Below are positions 1-11,863 of a stretch of 64,000 nt of DNA, one piece after another. Each line of letters opens with the position of its first letter. Positions within the stretch are counted from its first letter, which is position 1. Both the position numbers and the translations under genes were made by a program. The notes under the pieces are model-generated. The model had not been told where the DNA came from. It saw only the letters and a list, made by a program, of their open reading frames with translations, and did not search any database. The stretch is from NCBI RefSeq assembly GCF_006345805.1, contig NC_043008.1, forward strand, positions 55,366,001-55,430,000, in the 5' to 3' direction. The DNA comes from Octopus sinensis. Taxonomy: Eukaryota.

Positions 1-33
1 TTCTCAAAATAAATACAGTAATGAAAGGGTTAA
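1..33. mobile_element. terminal remnant of a piggyBac-type MITE (same family as 24744-24963)
   Basis: ctcaaaataaatacagtaatgaaagggTTAA matches the right end at 24.94-24.97 kb (ctcaaaataaatgagtaacgaaagggTTAA). Confidence 0.7.
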
Positions 34-72
34 TTTTTTAAAAATAAATAAATAAAATAGCGCTACTGACCT

Positions 73-2103
73 TCACTTGTATCGGAACTTTTTGAGACAG
101 TTGTTTCCCAAATCAACCACATAGACATACTGTTCTTGAGTGGTGATCAGACCACTGGGTCGCATCAACTTGTCATCAAAACTGTCAATTGCAAACTGGA
201 AATTTCCATTGGAACTGAAGATCTGCACAACACCTTTACCTCTGTCAGTTTTTGTAGCAAGGATTAGGCCATTTGGGTCGACAGTTATACCTTCATATTG
301 TCCTTTGCCAGTGTTGTTCACCTGGCGCAGAAACTTGCCGTTTTTGTCGAAGATTTGTATCCGATGGTCTGAAACAAGGATCTGATCATTACAACCGACA
401 CACACTGACGTTAATAACTTAAACTCTCCTTCTTTGCTTCCTTTTTTACCGAATTGTTGAAGGAGATTGCCTTCAGCGTCAAATATCAACACTTTGGCTG
501 CTCCCATATCACCAACGATAATGTCGCCTTTGCTATTTACAGCCACATCAATTGGTTCCTGGAAATGACTCGATGTAAATTTCGAGAGCAATTCTCCCTC
601 GTTGCTTAATGTGTACACCATTTTAGTGCGCCAGTTTACAGTAATGAGGTTCCCAGTTGGGCTGACACACACTCCGATACCACTTTGTCTCTCAAGCGCC
701 TCAGAGCTTATGTGACGTTCCAACACCCCATTGCTGTTTAAAACTTTGATGCGACTATTACCGGTATCTGAGATAAAAATGGAACCTTCTTTGTCTGTTA
801 CTACACGCACCGGTTGTATGAAATTGTCTAGGCCCGTTCCCCGACTTCCGTATTTCCAAATTGGGTTGTTATGGTCACAGACATCTATTACATATGGACT
901 GTCTTTGATGGGCCGATCAAAGATGCTGATACACAACTTCAGCTTACCAGCTTTGGGCGGCACAAAACTTATTTCATAGGTCCCGTCATCTTTGTCACGG
1001 ATTTTGGTGTCAATTAATTGACCAGAAGCTGAACGCAGTTCCGTAACAACTGGATCGCAGCCTGTAGTTCGGGGGTTACCATGGTAATCAACAGTAACAA
1101 CTGTGATGGTTGAGCGCAAATGGGTAATGGCTTTGTTAATTTTTGCAGTGGAGAGTGCAGGAAATGTGGTGCTTACTTTAATGCAACCAAAATTAGCAAG
1201 CGCATTCGATATGTCCTTGTATGCAGTGTTATGTTTGAATTCGCATTTAATGAAGTGGTTTTCACGTGGCTCCCCTAAGGTACTGGTAGCGTCGAGTTTC
1301 TCATTTAAATCTCCAATCTTTTTTGTGATGTTCCGAACTTCAACTTGGTACTGTAATCCATCACATTCATTCTGAACTTTCTCTTTCTCTGCCTGAATCA
1401 GATCTAATTGTTCCTTGAGATCTCCCTTTTTATGTTCTCGAATCTTGCGAACTTTTTGGAGAACTTCATGCCGTCTTTTGTCAATTAGATTAATAAGATC
1501 CTGGAAAGTACGATTAATAGTCTCTATGGCTCTTTCAACACTATTTTCAAGGCGGAGCATTTCACCAGATACATTATCATAAGCTGTTGTCAGGTTCCCA
1601 ATGCACAACTGGGCCTTGTACAAGAGAATCTCTGACATACGTTTTATTGCTATAGAAAAAGGTATCACCGTGTGTTCACTGGCCCCCTTGCCGTAATGCT
1701 CGCCTCCGGTGCATAGAGTGCAAAATACCGTATCACAGGTTTCACAAAATAACAACTCTTGGGAGGGATGATTGGAACATTTTGGGATGACATCTCGGCG
1801 CTGCTGAGACATTAGATCCAAAAGTTGGTTGACGATAAAACTGGGTGGAAAAGAAGTCACCCCACCTCGTGGGATGTTGATGGTTTCTCGGCAGATTGGA
1901 CAACGAAACGTTCCGGTGTCGTGGACTTGAGCTTCAACAATGCTCACCAAGCAACTCTTGCATACCGTGTGCGAGCAAGGCAGCAGCTTAGGAGAATGCT
2001 CGGCGCTGTCGTAAATGCAGAGACATGTGCCGCATGTCAGAAAACTATCGTTGAAGTCTTCATAGTTGATTGAAACAGTCTCCACCAGGGTAGATGACAT
2101 CAT
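73..2103 (-). CDS. TRIM-NHL E3 ubiquitin ligase, TRIM2/TRIM3-like (RING, B-box2, coiled coil, filamin/Ig, NHL beta-propeller); single coding exon
   Basis: 691-codon ORF. It contains a RING (CGTC...CSHTVC..C...CPIC), a B-box (CSNH...CETC...C..C...H), a helical coiled coil, a filamin repeat (DGTYEISFVPPKAG...SPY) and NHL repeats (F..P..VAV...G.I.V.D). The first 15 codons of the ORF track (MFIFFLPFSFLFVPG) are really a polypyrimidine tract ending TTCCAG|GT-ATG-ATG (AG at 2107-2106), so the likely start is ATG 2103 or 2100. Exact orthology is not established. Confidence 0.95.
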   Translation of the reverse strand: MMSSTLVETVSINYEDFNDSFLTCGTCLCIYDSAEHSPKLLPCSHTVCKSCLVSIVEAQVHDTGTFRCPICRETINIPRGGVTSFPPSFIVNQLLDLMSQQRRDVIPKCSNHPSQELLFCETCDTVFCTLCTGGEHYGKGASEHTVIPFSIAIKRMSEILLYKAQLCIGNLTTAYDNVSGEMLRLENSVERAIETINRTFQDLINLIDKRRHEVLQKVRKIREHKKGDLKEQLDLIQAEKEKVQNECDGLQYQVEVRNITKKIGDLNEKLDATSTLGEPRENHFIKCEFKHNTAYKDISNALANFGCIKVSTTFPALSTAKINKAITHLRSTITVVTVDYHGNPRTTGCDPVVTELRSASGQLIDTKIRDKDDGTYEISFVPPKAGKLKLCISIFDRPIKDSPYVIDVCDHNNPIWKYGSRGTGLDNFIQPVRVVTDKEGSIFISDTGNSRIKVLNSNGVLERHISSEALERQSGIGVCVSPTGNLITVNWRTKMVYTLSNEGELLSKFTSSHFQEPIDVAVNSKGDIIVGDMGAAKVLIFDAEGNLLQQFGKKGSKEGEFKLLTSVCVGCNDQILVSDHRIQIFDKNGKFLRQVNNTGKGQYEGITVDPNGLILATKTDRGKGVVQIFSSNGNFQFAIDSFDDKLMRPSGLITTQEQYVYVVDLGNNCLKKFRYK

Positions 2104-2105
2104 AC

Positions 2106-2145
2106 CTGGAACAAACAAAAAAGAAAAAGGTAAGAAAAAAATAAA
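2106..2145 (-). promoter_or_regulatory. 3' splice acceptor of the TRIM coding exon
   Basis: Minus strand reads ttttcttacctttttcttttttgtttgttccag|GTATGATG: a long pyrimidine tract and CAG, 2 nt before the ATG. Confidence 0.85.
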
Positions 2146-2351
2146 CATTTATAGTTAATGATTTCTTAATTACATGAAAAGCTAGACAAAATTTGAAGTT
2201 TTTTATTTAAAAAAAAAAACATTTGGTACCAAGTTACAAGATTTTCAATTCTAGTTTTGTTTGAGGGCATTTATGATACAGTAGCCCTTTGAAACTACTC
2301 AACACTTTCAAAGATGGTACAATAGGGGGTTCTTTTTTTTTTTAAACAAAC

Positions 2352-2378
2352 CTGTTTCCTCTGCTGCTACTTGCTTCA
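2352..2378 (-). CDS. candidate 27-nt phase 1-1 micro-exon, in frame with TRIM (xKQVAAEET-G-MMSST)
   Basis: Acceptor tttcctttctatttcaatcttcctccatgtctgacag; donor CAG|GTTTGT; 246-nt intron to the TRIM exon; frame preserved. Confidence 0.4.
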
Positions 2379-2701
2379 CTGTCAGACATGGAGGAAGATT
2401 GAAATAGAAAGGAAATAGCTAAACCTATATTAACCAATTCTACATAATACTACAAACAGATACAGAAAGAGGTGCATTTAAAGCAATATATACCACATAA
2501 GATTACATTCAAAATCCCAAACCTGGAAAGTCAATAGCATTTAGAAATTATGAAACTGCAATTTAAAGATATACAATAATCATCAAATTTTCTATGTTTT
2601 ATAACATATCTGACAAGATTCAACAACAGATAGTATCTTTCCATTTTATAGAACAAAATGAGCAAAGAAAATTGCACAAACATACGAGCATTATATATAT
2701 A

Positions 2702-2923
2702 CAGGACGGACCAAAAGTAAGTTTACAGTTATTCAACTCTCTCTTTCGCATTCATATATTAACAGTTTAGATCTTAATTATAAAATATGAAACCATTATT
2801 CTATTCTAATTTAGTTAATTTTGTCAAACTCCCTTTTCAGTTTGTAAGATAGAAATTTAAATGTAATAAAATATTTTTAAAGTGCCTACGTGATAACTGT
2901 AAACCTACTTTTGGGCCACCCTA
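2702..2923. mobile_element. Tc1/mariner-type MITE
   Basis: ~32-bp imperfect TIRs (caggacggaccaaaagtaagtttacagttat / ataactgtaaacctacttttgggccacccta) in a TA-rich context; no ORF. Confidence 0.75.
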
Positions 2924-3250
2924 TGTGTACATGTATGTATGTATGTATATATATATATATATATATAAACATTCAGACACACATGTGTATGTGTGTGTAA
3001 TTATCAATATTTGAGCTTTCAAAGAAGATTAAAAACAGTAAGTAACATTCACTGAAAAGAGAACTCAATACAGATGTAGTGTCAAAATATCTTATACAGA
3101 GTGACTGTGACTTTGAAGTCTGACCAATAATGGTTTGTCAATCAATTGTTTGGAAAACCACTATCACTTAAATAGAAGTCATAATCATTCTAAATTTCTG
3201 TCATATAAATCAAAGAATCAAATCAAAATCGATGAACATCAATGGAATTT

Positions 3251-3620
3251 GTAGTTTTGTGGTACCAGTGCCGGTGGCACATAAGAAAACCATCCGAACA
3301 TGGCTGTAGCCAGTACAGCATCAACTGGCCTCCGTGCTGGCGGCACGTAACAAACACCATCCGATCGTGGCCATGCCAGCCTCACCTGGCCTCCGTGCCG
3401 GTGGCACGTAAAAAACACCATCCGAGCATGGCCGTTTGCCAGCCACCTGTGTCAGTGGCACATAAAAGCACCCACGGAGTGGTTGGCATTAGGAAGGGCA
3501 TCCAGCTGTAGAAACACTGCCAGATCTGACTGGCCTGGTGCAGCCTTCGGGCTTCCCAGACCCCAGTTGAACCGTCCAACCCATGCTAGCATGGAAAGCG
3601 GACGTTAAACAATGATGATG
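3251..3620 (+). mobile_element. retroposon family C (RTE-type 3' tail, internal ~60-66-bp tandem units)
   Basis: Tandem ggcacgtaaaaaacaccatccga units, then ggttggcattaggaagggcatccagctgtagaaac...ggaaagcggacgttaaac and a (gat)n tail. Confidence 0.8.
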
Positions 3621-4577
3621 ATATATATATATCAAAACAAAATATTGAAAAAAAATTTTAGGTATTATTATGCATCTTTACAGGTTTCATTTGCAAATAT
3701 GTGAGCTGAAGAAGATTTGGGTATTGTTTCTAGCAAAATGAGCATCCGTGTCAAAAATTCTTCATGGTGTTAATCTGTAGTTCCCGTACTGTGGAAATCA
3801 AATCAGATATATCCACTCCAAATTTCATTACCTTTAACTGCAGTAAGCAGTTTTATGCACCAATCTATCTTTTTGGTAAGGAGTGTCATGTTTGAAACTA
3901 TTCTCTGCTGAGATATGTCAAGTTTATCAGCAACGTGACTTATGGAAAATATCAATCTCATTGCTTGATAGATAGATATTCAACATCATTGCAGGAATAA
4001 CAATGAATTTCACAATAAAAGGCTTAAGATGGTCAAATTTCAAAAAGGCTTAAGATGGTCAGATTTCATTAGAGTGAGATTTGGCTGCTATATCTAGCAA
4101 GTTGAAGAACCATGAGTTTATGTTAGCTGTTTCTATTTCTAGGGGACAAGGGAGACAGTTTATTTATGCAAATGCATGTATGTGCTCCACATAACAAGGT
4201 TCAGTATGTCCTAATATCTCTAACACTTTTCACCACTGTCCAATGAATATATCATCATCATCATCATCAAGCATTCGTTTTGTGTTGTATAGTAAAGTTT
4301 TCCCCAGAGTAGCCATTGTGGATCTACATCCAAATGCATTATGAACACCCGCTGGAGAGGGTGCAAATAGCCACAATGGCAAAACATGCATAAAGAACAA
4401 GTGGTATAAAGTGAATGTACGTGTTTATCATATTTTTTCATGTATATATATATAAAATTTAAACAATGAGGGTGATAAATTGAATATTAATTTAATTAAA
4501 CTAATTAACATCAATTTAGAACCAGTGGCTTAGCATATTGAAAAAACTGAAAATTCAGAAAAATTGTATTACATGCG

Positions 4578-4734
4578 TATAAGAAGGGATGACCACTAAC
4601 TCATCAGTAAACACCAGAACATGTTCTGGTGTTTGCTGAATTTTTCTAGAGAACATTCTTTTCTTTGTGGTTAGATCGTAGGTGATCTATTTCTAGCATA
4701 TTGCATGTCCATTTAGTGGTCATCCCTTCTTATA
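4578..4734. mobile_element. MITE-like inverted-repeat element with an internal palindrome
   Basis: Perfect 22-bp inverted repeat tataagaagggatgaccactaa (4578-4599) / ttagtggtcatcccttcttata (4713-4734); internal perfect 26-bp palindrome at 4609-4634. Confidence 0.75.
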
Positions 4735-5254
4735 TATACATATATACATACATACACATATACACACACTGCACTTCATATTTGAGGCTCTGAAGAAGCT
4801 CTGAGTTGTTAGTTAGGCACTCAACTATGAGTCCAATGCATCTTGTAGCTGAAACAGCTGTAAGCCAATGAAGTTCATAAGATAATTTGTTTATTTCTTT
4901 GTCATTTCATTTTTTTATTACCACTCTGTACTTGACTAACACTTCATTCCGAAGCATTGTATATCAAGCTCTACACTAAATTATTAGTATTACAATGCCT
5001 AAACAAAATATGTTTACATACACACACACAATATATAATTGTCTATACAACCACATCATTACATTTCAATGTAAGAAAATAAACAAAATCCCTACACCCA
5101 GCACAATCAAGCATTTTTGTATAATTATTGCTGTGTTAATTTATAATTTACTTTGCCTGTTTAGTTAATCTCAACACATTAAATCAACATTTAAACTGCC
5201 TACTAATAAATTTCTCACTAACAGAAATTCTGCTCAAAATCATCATCAGATGGT

Positions 5255-5620
5255 TTGACTGAGGACTGGTAAGCCAGTGGCTGCACCAGGCTCCAGTCTG
5301 ATCTGGCAATGTTTCTACAGCTGGATGCCCTTCCTAATGCCAACCACTCCGAGAGTGTAGTGGGTGCTTTTTACATGCCACTGGCACAGGAGCCAGTCAG
5401 GCAGGCCTGACATTGATCACATTCAAATAGTGCTTTTTACATGCCACCAGCATGGGAGCCAGTCAGGGGGCACTAGCATCAGCCATGTTCAGATGGTGCT
5501 TTTTATGTGCCACAGGCACAGGAGCCAGTCAGCTGGACCTGACATCGACCACATTCGGATGATGCATTTTATGTGCCCCCAGAATGGGAGCCAATCAGGG
5601 GCACTGGCCACAGCTGCATT
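5255..5620 (-). mobile_element. retroposon family C copy with four 66-bp internal units
   Basis: ggatgcccttcctaatgccaacc core; units recur at about 5364, 5430, 5496 and 5562. Confidence 0.8.
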
Positions 5621-6200
5621 CCACTATAGGTACAAGGCCTGGAATTTTGTGGGAAGGGGCTAGTCAATTATATCAACCCCAGTACTCAACTGGTGCTTAT
5701 TTAATTGACCCTGAAAGGATGAAAGGCAAAGTCAACCTCGGTGGAAGTTGAACTCAGAATGTAAAGATGGGCGAATCGCCAATATGCATTTTATTTGACA
5801 TGCTAAATAATAATAATAATAATAAATTCACTTAAGACATGGAATTATATTTACCCGCTTTAAATGCTCTGAGTTTTGGTAAATCTTAAAAATTAAGGGT
5901 CTTCAAACTTCAGAATGTCATATTTAATTTAATCAAAGTGACAATATAATAATAGCAGAACATGGAAAACATTTGCAAGAATTACAAGACATTGTAGGAA
6001 TCACTTCTGCTGCTGTCAGACAACAGCAGTGATGGAAATTAATGACAATAGAATACATTATTTTTAAGGTTCTCAAACCAAATGTGATTACATTTAATAG
6101 AGATTAATTCAAGAAAGGTTGCAGAGAACAGAAAATATGAAAATAAGGTAACATTAACCATCAAGATGATGGAAAAAATAGCTAGAAGGAACAAAAGAAA

Positions 6201-6248
<48 letters not shown>

Positions 6249-6575
6249 ATATGCATGTATACATCTGTGAATATGTGTGAGGTTTCTTTCCGATTTTAGT
6301 AAACTCTGTTTATAAAAATGATTTTGCTAGGGAGATTAAGGTTTTTCCGGTGAAGGAGATTAATTAAATCAGATATAGACAGTTGTATGTGTTAACTACT
6401 TGATGTTTAATGATTTTGGATCTCTACCATTGATCTTATTGGAGTATTTATCCAGAATTCTCTGGAGCTATAAGAGTGGTGCCCCAGCATAGCTACAGTT
6501 CTCAGGCTGAAATAAGTACTACTGTAAACCCATGGCCTGGTCACTTTTGATAATATACATGTTATGGTTATCTAA

Positions 6576-6830
6576 TCAAACTTTACCTGAGACTGGTCTA
6601 CCCCTAGGTTTCTTACCGGTTGATATGGCTTGAAAGATCCATCTTATAATCCTTTCCTCTGACATTCTTATCACCTGCCCGCAATACTGGAACTGTGACC
6701 TCTCAATGCAGAGAAGTAGTGACTTAATCTGGAGAGACTCCCTAACCTCCAAGCTAAGCACCTTGTCGAATAACATTACCTTAACACCTGTAAATGGTTT
6801 GAGAAGGCTTCAACGAATGAGAGATTCAAA
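6576..6830 (-). mobile_element. RTE-clade LINE ORF2 C-terminal fragment (decayed)
   Basis: Translation LFDKVLSLEVRESLQIKSLLLCIERSQFQYCGQVIRMSEERIIRWIFQAISTGKKPRGRP fits the RTE post-RT pattern (IRE.L...LL..IERSQLRW.GHV.RM...R......G.RPRGRP). Confidence 0.75.
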
Positions 6831-6902
6831 ATCAAATCTCGGATTCAACAGCTTACCATGGAGCTAACATCCTATACATAGATACATAGCAATTTACTTA
6901 TC

Positions 6903-7256
6903 TTCTATCTTTTACTTGTTTCAGTCATTGGACTGCAGCCATGCTGGGGCACAGCTTTGAACACTTTAGTCAAAAGAAATCACACCAAGTACTTATTTTA
7001 AAGTCTGGAACATATTCTATTGGTTTGCTAACATTCCTGTAACTTAGAGGTTTGGCAAAAGAAACCAATACTACTTGTCAAGTAGCAGTGGGGGACAAAC
7101 ACACACACACACACAGCAGGCTTTCACACAGTTTCTCTCTACCAAATTCACTCACAAGGCATCAGTAGACATTTGCCTGAGGTGCCATGTAGTGGGACTG
7201 AACTCCAAACCATGTAGTTGCAAAGCAAGCTTGTTAACCACACAGACATGCCTCTG
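6903..7256 (-). mobile_element. SINE family A (tRNA-like head, CORE-like ggcaccttgggcaagtgtcttc segment, (AT)/(GT) linker, gtaaaagag tail)
   Basis: Decayed copy of the family best seen at 43793 and 58361. Confidence 0.75.
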
Positions 7257-9622
7257 ACTAATAAAAATAAAAAAGAAAAACATAAATCATTAAAAGAAAT
7301 TATGGAGGAGAGAACAAAAATTGAAATGAAACAAATGAAACACAAATTAAAATTTAACAACTAAAGGCAGCAGCTGGATACAAAAGTGACTTGGGTAAGT
7401 AAAATTAGAAAGAAAAAGTGACAAAATCTTTCTAAGTTCTAGATTAGCACTAAGAAAACTGAGACACACAAAAGATACACAAATCAACAAAATACTCCCA
7501 GAATAACTCAAACAAAAGAATAAACAAACAATGTGATCGTAAAAGATTTCTTATCTAAATTTTGCAAGAGAGACAAGAAACAGAATTGAAAGATAAGGTG
7601 TATATATTTTCAACTGAAATTATTCAGCTGTTGGTGAATTAAAACAATGGGTTTTTCAAGTGGTTTTGTTTGAAGTGATTTTTTTCTCTACAGCTGCCTG
7701 GGTGACTGGTACACATACTAGAACCGACGAGGGCAACCTTTCTCAAGAAAGCAGGCTACATGAAACAAGGTTCATCATCAGGCAGGCCACACTACAAGAA
7801 ATTTAGCATATCTACACAAGTGTGCCTCCCACCCTGAATTTGTTTCATAACTTTCAGAAGCAAAGAATTTTTAAATGACATTTTCTACGAATACCTTTCA
7901 AATGATATAGATTCTGATTATATTAGAATTTACTGTCAAAAAAATTTTCAGAAAGGTTGGAGAGGAGTTTCAACTAATACACCTGAATTGACTTTGTTTC
8001 TTCATAACTTTAAAAAAAAAATGAGTATTTTTTAATGAAATATTCCACAAATACCTTTCAGATTGCGTAAATTACGATTTTATTGGAATTTAATGTGTAA
8101 AAACAAACTGGTGGGTGGACACCAGTTTTCATTTTGTCATGTGTCTGTGTGTATGAGACTGGCCACCAATGCTTTTATTTTTTTTTTTTTCCACAACATA
8201 TTGTGATATAATCACACCACCTAAAAGGTATTTGTATAAAATTTCATTGTAATTTCTGCTGCTTGTTTAGACTCGGCCAGCACTGATTGAGCAGCAGCTG
8301 TGAACAACCCATCTTTGATACACAGGTATCAAAACAGTGTCCTTCTCTACCTAAAATAATACACAGGATGACTTGAAGCAAAATTGGCTGCTTTTTCTAG
8401 CAGACTGAAAGTTGAGGTTTTACTCAAATGTGCGATCAGGAGGCGGGCCACACACGTACACACGCGCGTAATTTCGCATGTTCAGTGCCTTCCAACCCGA
8501 GCGCATGTACACATTCTACCAGTTAGTAAAAAAGAAAATGATTTAAAACGTCGCTTCCTAAACATAAATAAAAATAAAAACTAAAATAAAATAAACTGTA
8601 ACAAAAATTTGGCCGGGGGATGGGGTGTCAGAAAACTAAGGTTAACATCCTGAGAAATGCTTCCAGTAGCGATAAAATCAAGGAATTTTTAGCAATTTGG
8701 GGAGTGAAAACTAAAAACAACTATTACAATTTCCTACTGTAATTTAACAATTGGGTTATAGGTTATATTTTAAATGTAATTTTTGCTAATTAATGGAAAT
8801 AAGTTTTTAAGATTATATATTATTTTTGCAATTTGTCGCTGAAATTTTCGCAAACAGATTTCACAAAGATAGCAAATTTTCTCCGAGTTTGTAAATGAGA
8901 CACGTGACAAGTGCGACTTGATTGTGGTTGTAATTAAATTGCTGACTTAGGGCAAGGGAGACAACTATAGCAGACATAAGAAAATAGTGTGTTACTCTAG
9001 TAGAGAATCTTGACTGTTACATCAAAAACCTCTCGCTTTTCAGCTGAAACGAAGAATTATTGAAATTATTTTTAGAATTAAAATAAAAGAAAAAAATTAA
9101 TTAAAAAAAAAACCAAAAGAAAGAAAAATCGTCTAATTAGAGTAAACTAGTAAATAAGTGACTACAAAAACACATCACAAAATAAAATAATATCTCTAGA
9201 AACAAGGTTCTATGTAAAAAACAAAGCAGGAAAAAATATTCGGTGGAAGTTTATTCTCGAAAAAAATATTAAAGGATTTGCATGCATATTTAAGGGGTGG
9301 GGGGAATGAAAAAATAATTTTTAGATATGTAGAAAAAAAAACGAAGAGGTAGCTAATGAAATCTCTAGCATCATTCATAAAATGTGCTCTGAAAGAGGCA
9401 TGCAACAAGGTGATATCTTTCACATGTGCATGGTCAGGATTCTGGTGAGGTTATTCAAAGAAGTCAAAAAAAAAAAAAATGATAATAATAATATGAGGTG
9501 AATTAAGTAAACTGCTAAGATCACTAGAAAATAATAATAATTGTAATAATAACAAATCAATCAACCATTCGTTATGAGTAGCATCGACTACGGAAACTCT
9601 AACAGCCAGCCTCACATCTTAC

Positions 9623-9666
9623 CAGAATTAAGTCAGCCAATTGTGGATTACGAAGGGGTACGTGGT
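9623..9666 (-). other. candidate 44-nt exon (only open frame: xHVPLRNPQLADLIL)
   Basis: Strong acceptor ctttcatttcttgtttcctttctttcctgcag; donor CTG|GTAAGA; the other two frames contain TAA; unique, CpG-containing sequence. Confidence 0.5.
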
Positions 9667-9759
9667 CTGCAGGAAAGAAAGGAAACAAGAAATGAAAGTG
9701 CATACTGTTTGGTTGGTCAACCTAACACAAGCATGTATACACACTCGGGCAAAGCTAGG

Positions 9760-10310
9760 CTCACACATACACACACACACACGTTTATACACGCATACAC
9801 AATTATTAATGCTTGGACATAGGCACACTCAATCACATTAACACACCAGAATTATACACACACACACAAAAGCATGGACGTTGAGTCACACACACACACA
9901 TGCAAGGGGAAAACACCAGCACACACAATAACAAAGGAATACATACTGAGGGACACGGACACACACAGATACCAGCACATATGCACGCACACACACACAC
10001 AGATACCAGCACATATGCACACGCACATACAATAAGATGCACACATCTTCAGATAGATGAACACATGCTCAAGCACAAACATACAAGGACAGACACATAC
10101 ACACACACACACACACGCTTGAACACAAGCATACACATACAAGGACACACACACAAACACAGCAGTATATCAGGATGCAAGCAAAAAATGCTCAGACAGA
10201 TACAATCATCTTCATACACAAACACACACACATACATACACTCAAGTACCCATACAGGAACGAGTATACATGCTCAAACGCACACACAAAGCAAACATAC
10301 ATCAAAAGAA
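9760..10310. repeat. cryptic (CA)n/(CACATA)-rich low-complexity tract
   Basis: Degenerate CA repeats that generate the spurious HT- and CV-rich ORFs. Confidence 0.9.
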
Positions 10311-11842
10311 AAGACAAAAGTTCTTTAAGTAGGCTGTAATCTGTTAATGGAATGATTGATTAGCACTAAAAGAGAAACATAATGTCCCTAATAAGGAGAA
10401 AAACTATGACATTTTAAGTTAATCCAACAGATTATCAATTATTATCACTATCATCATTAGCATCATCGTTATTATTATCATTATTATTATTATTGTATCT
10501 ACTACTACTACTGAGCTGACATGGGAATTTAATCCAACTGTAAAAGAAAAGGAAGAAACAAAATGCAAAAAGAAAAAAGAGGAAAAACTAGAAAGAAAAA
10601 AAAAAACTATTAAAAATAAGCAATATTGTGTGTGTGTGTTGTTTACAATCCAAGATATTGATTCAGTGTTTCTGAACAGTCAATAGAAAAATTGATTCAG
10701 ACATCACCTTGGTTACATAGCAAAAGATAAGGATACAACTGTCTACTTTGTCAATAAATACAGTATGATGTATGTGCGATTTACATGTGCATGTGTGTAA
10801 CCGTGTACATTGGAGCAATTAAGTTAGCGAAAACAGATAAGAGCCACCGGTCTTGCCACTCGAGGGTGAACAAGTGTGGAGTTAATGAGGACGGTGTTGT
10901 GACTTGAGTGAAGGTTTTCTACTTTTTGCTGATGGTAATTGAATGAAGAAATCAAGTATAACAGAAAAAGGAATAATCGGTGGATCAGCAACTTCTTGTG
11001 ACAGCCCACTTTTGATTTTTGTTTTTTTTTTTTGTCTTTCTTATGTTTTTTATTTTACTTTTCCAAATGACTCACATGTATATCATATCTTGCATATATA
11101 CATAAAAAAAAGAAAAAAAGAATCTTTGCAGATAAAAAGCACCCAGTATACTCTGTAAAAGTGGTTGGCATTAGGAAGGGCATCCAGCTGTAGAACAAAA
11201 AATGTTACCTGGTGCAGCTCCCAGCCTTACCAGCAGCTAGCAAACTGTCCAACCCATGCCAGCACAAAAAGCAGGTGTTAAACGATAATGATGTTAATAA
11301 CCTCTCAGTTTCCATCGCTGACAACACTTGTCATTGTTTCAACATCCACTTTCCTATGCTTACATGGGTCACATGGAGATAATTATCGAAGCAGATTTTC
11401 TATGGCTTGATGCCCTTACTGTCACCAACCCTTACCTGTCCTGAAACAGGATAATATTTTCCCATGGCCAGACATATTTTCGGAGAACATTGGAAATAAA
11501 TATCATACATTTACAACAATGATATGAAGTCAAAATAAGGAGACACAAACAAGCACACACTCACAATGGTTTTTTTTTTCATTTTCCATCTACCAAATCC
11601 TCTCACAAAACTTTGATTGGCCTGAGGCTATAGTAGAAAACACTTGCCCAAGGTGCCAAGCAGTGGGACTGAACCAGAAATCATGGACCTGAGAAAGAAT
11701 CTTCTTAATCACACAAACACCCCTGCATCTAATTAAACAACACAAAAAAATTATTTAAAATTATGGACCACATATACATATTAAATATAATTTTCTTTTC
11801 GAAAAAAATCTGAAACCTCAAGAGAAAAAAAACCCAACTTAC

Positions 11843-11863
11843 TGACCCTTTTGTTGCTAAGCA
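11843..11863 (-). other. candidate 21-nt micro-exon (xLSNKRVx in phase 1-1)
   Basis: Acceptor ctaccctctactctaacctgctggcttcag (contains a ctaac branch-like motif); donor TCA|GTAAGT. Confidence 0.35.

Noticed and set aside
140-2073. Short + strand and alternative-frame ORFs overlapping TRIM
   Set aside because: Shadow ORFs of a real CDS with no recognisable motifs.
2104-2148. N-terminal 15 codons of the 691-aa ORF (MFIFFLPFSFLFVPG), which resemble a signal peptide
   Set aside because: They are the translation of the polypyrimidine tract and acceptor; TRIM-NHL proteins are cytosolic.
3251-3470. Regularly spaced repeats resembling a CRISPR array (also at 5.4 and 34.2-34.7 kb)
   Set aside because: Eukaryotic DNA; the units are degenerate tandem repeats without unique spacers, and there are no cas genes.
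9628-10328. His/Thr- and Cys/Val-rich ORFs (also at 18.0-18.5, 22.4-22.9 and 34.9-35.9 kb)
   Set aside because: Translations of CA/GT microsatellites.
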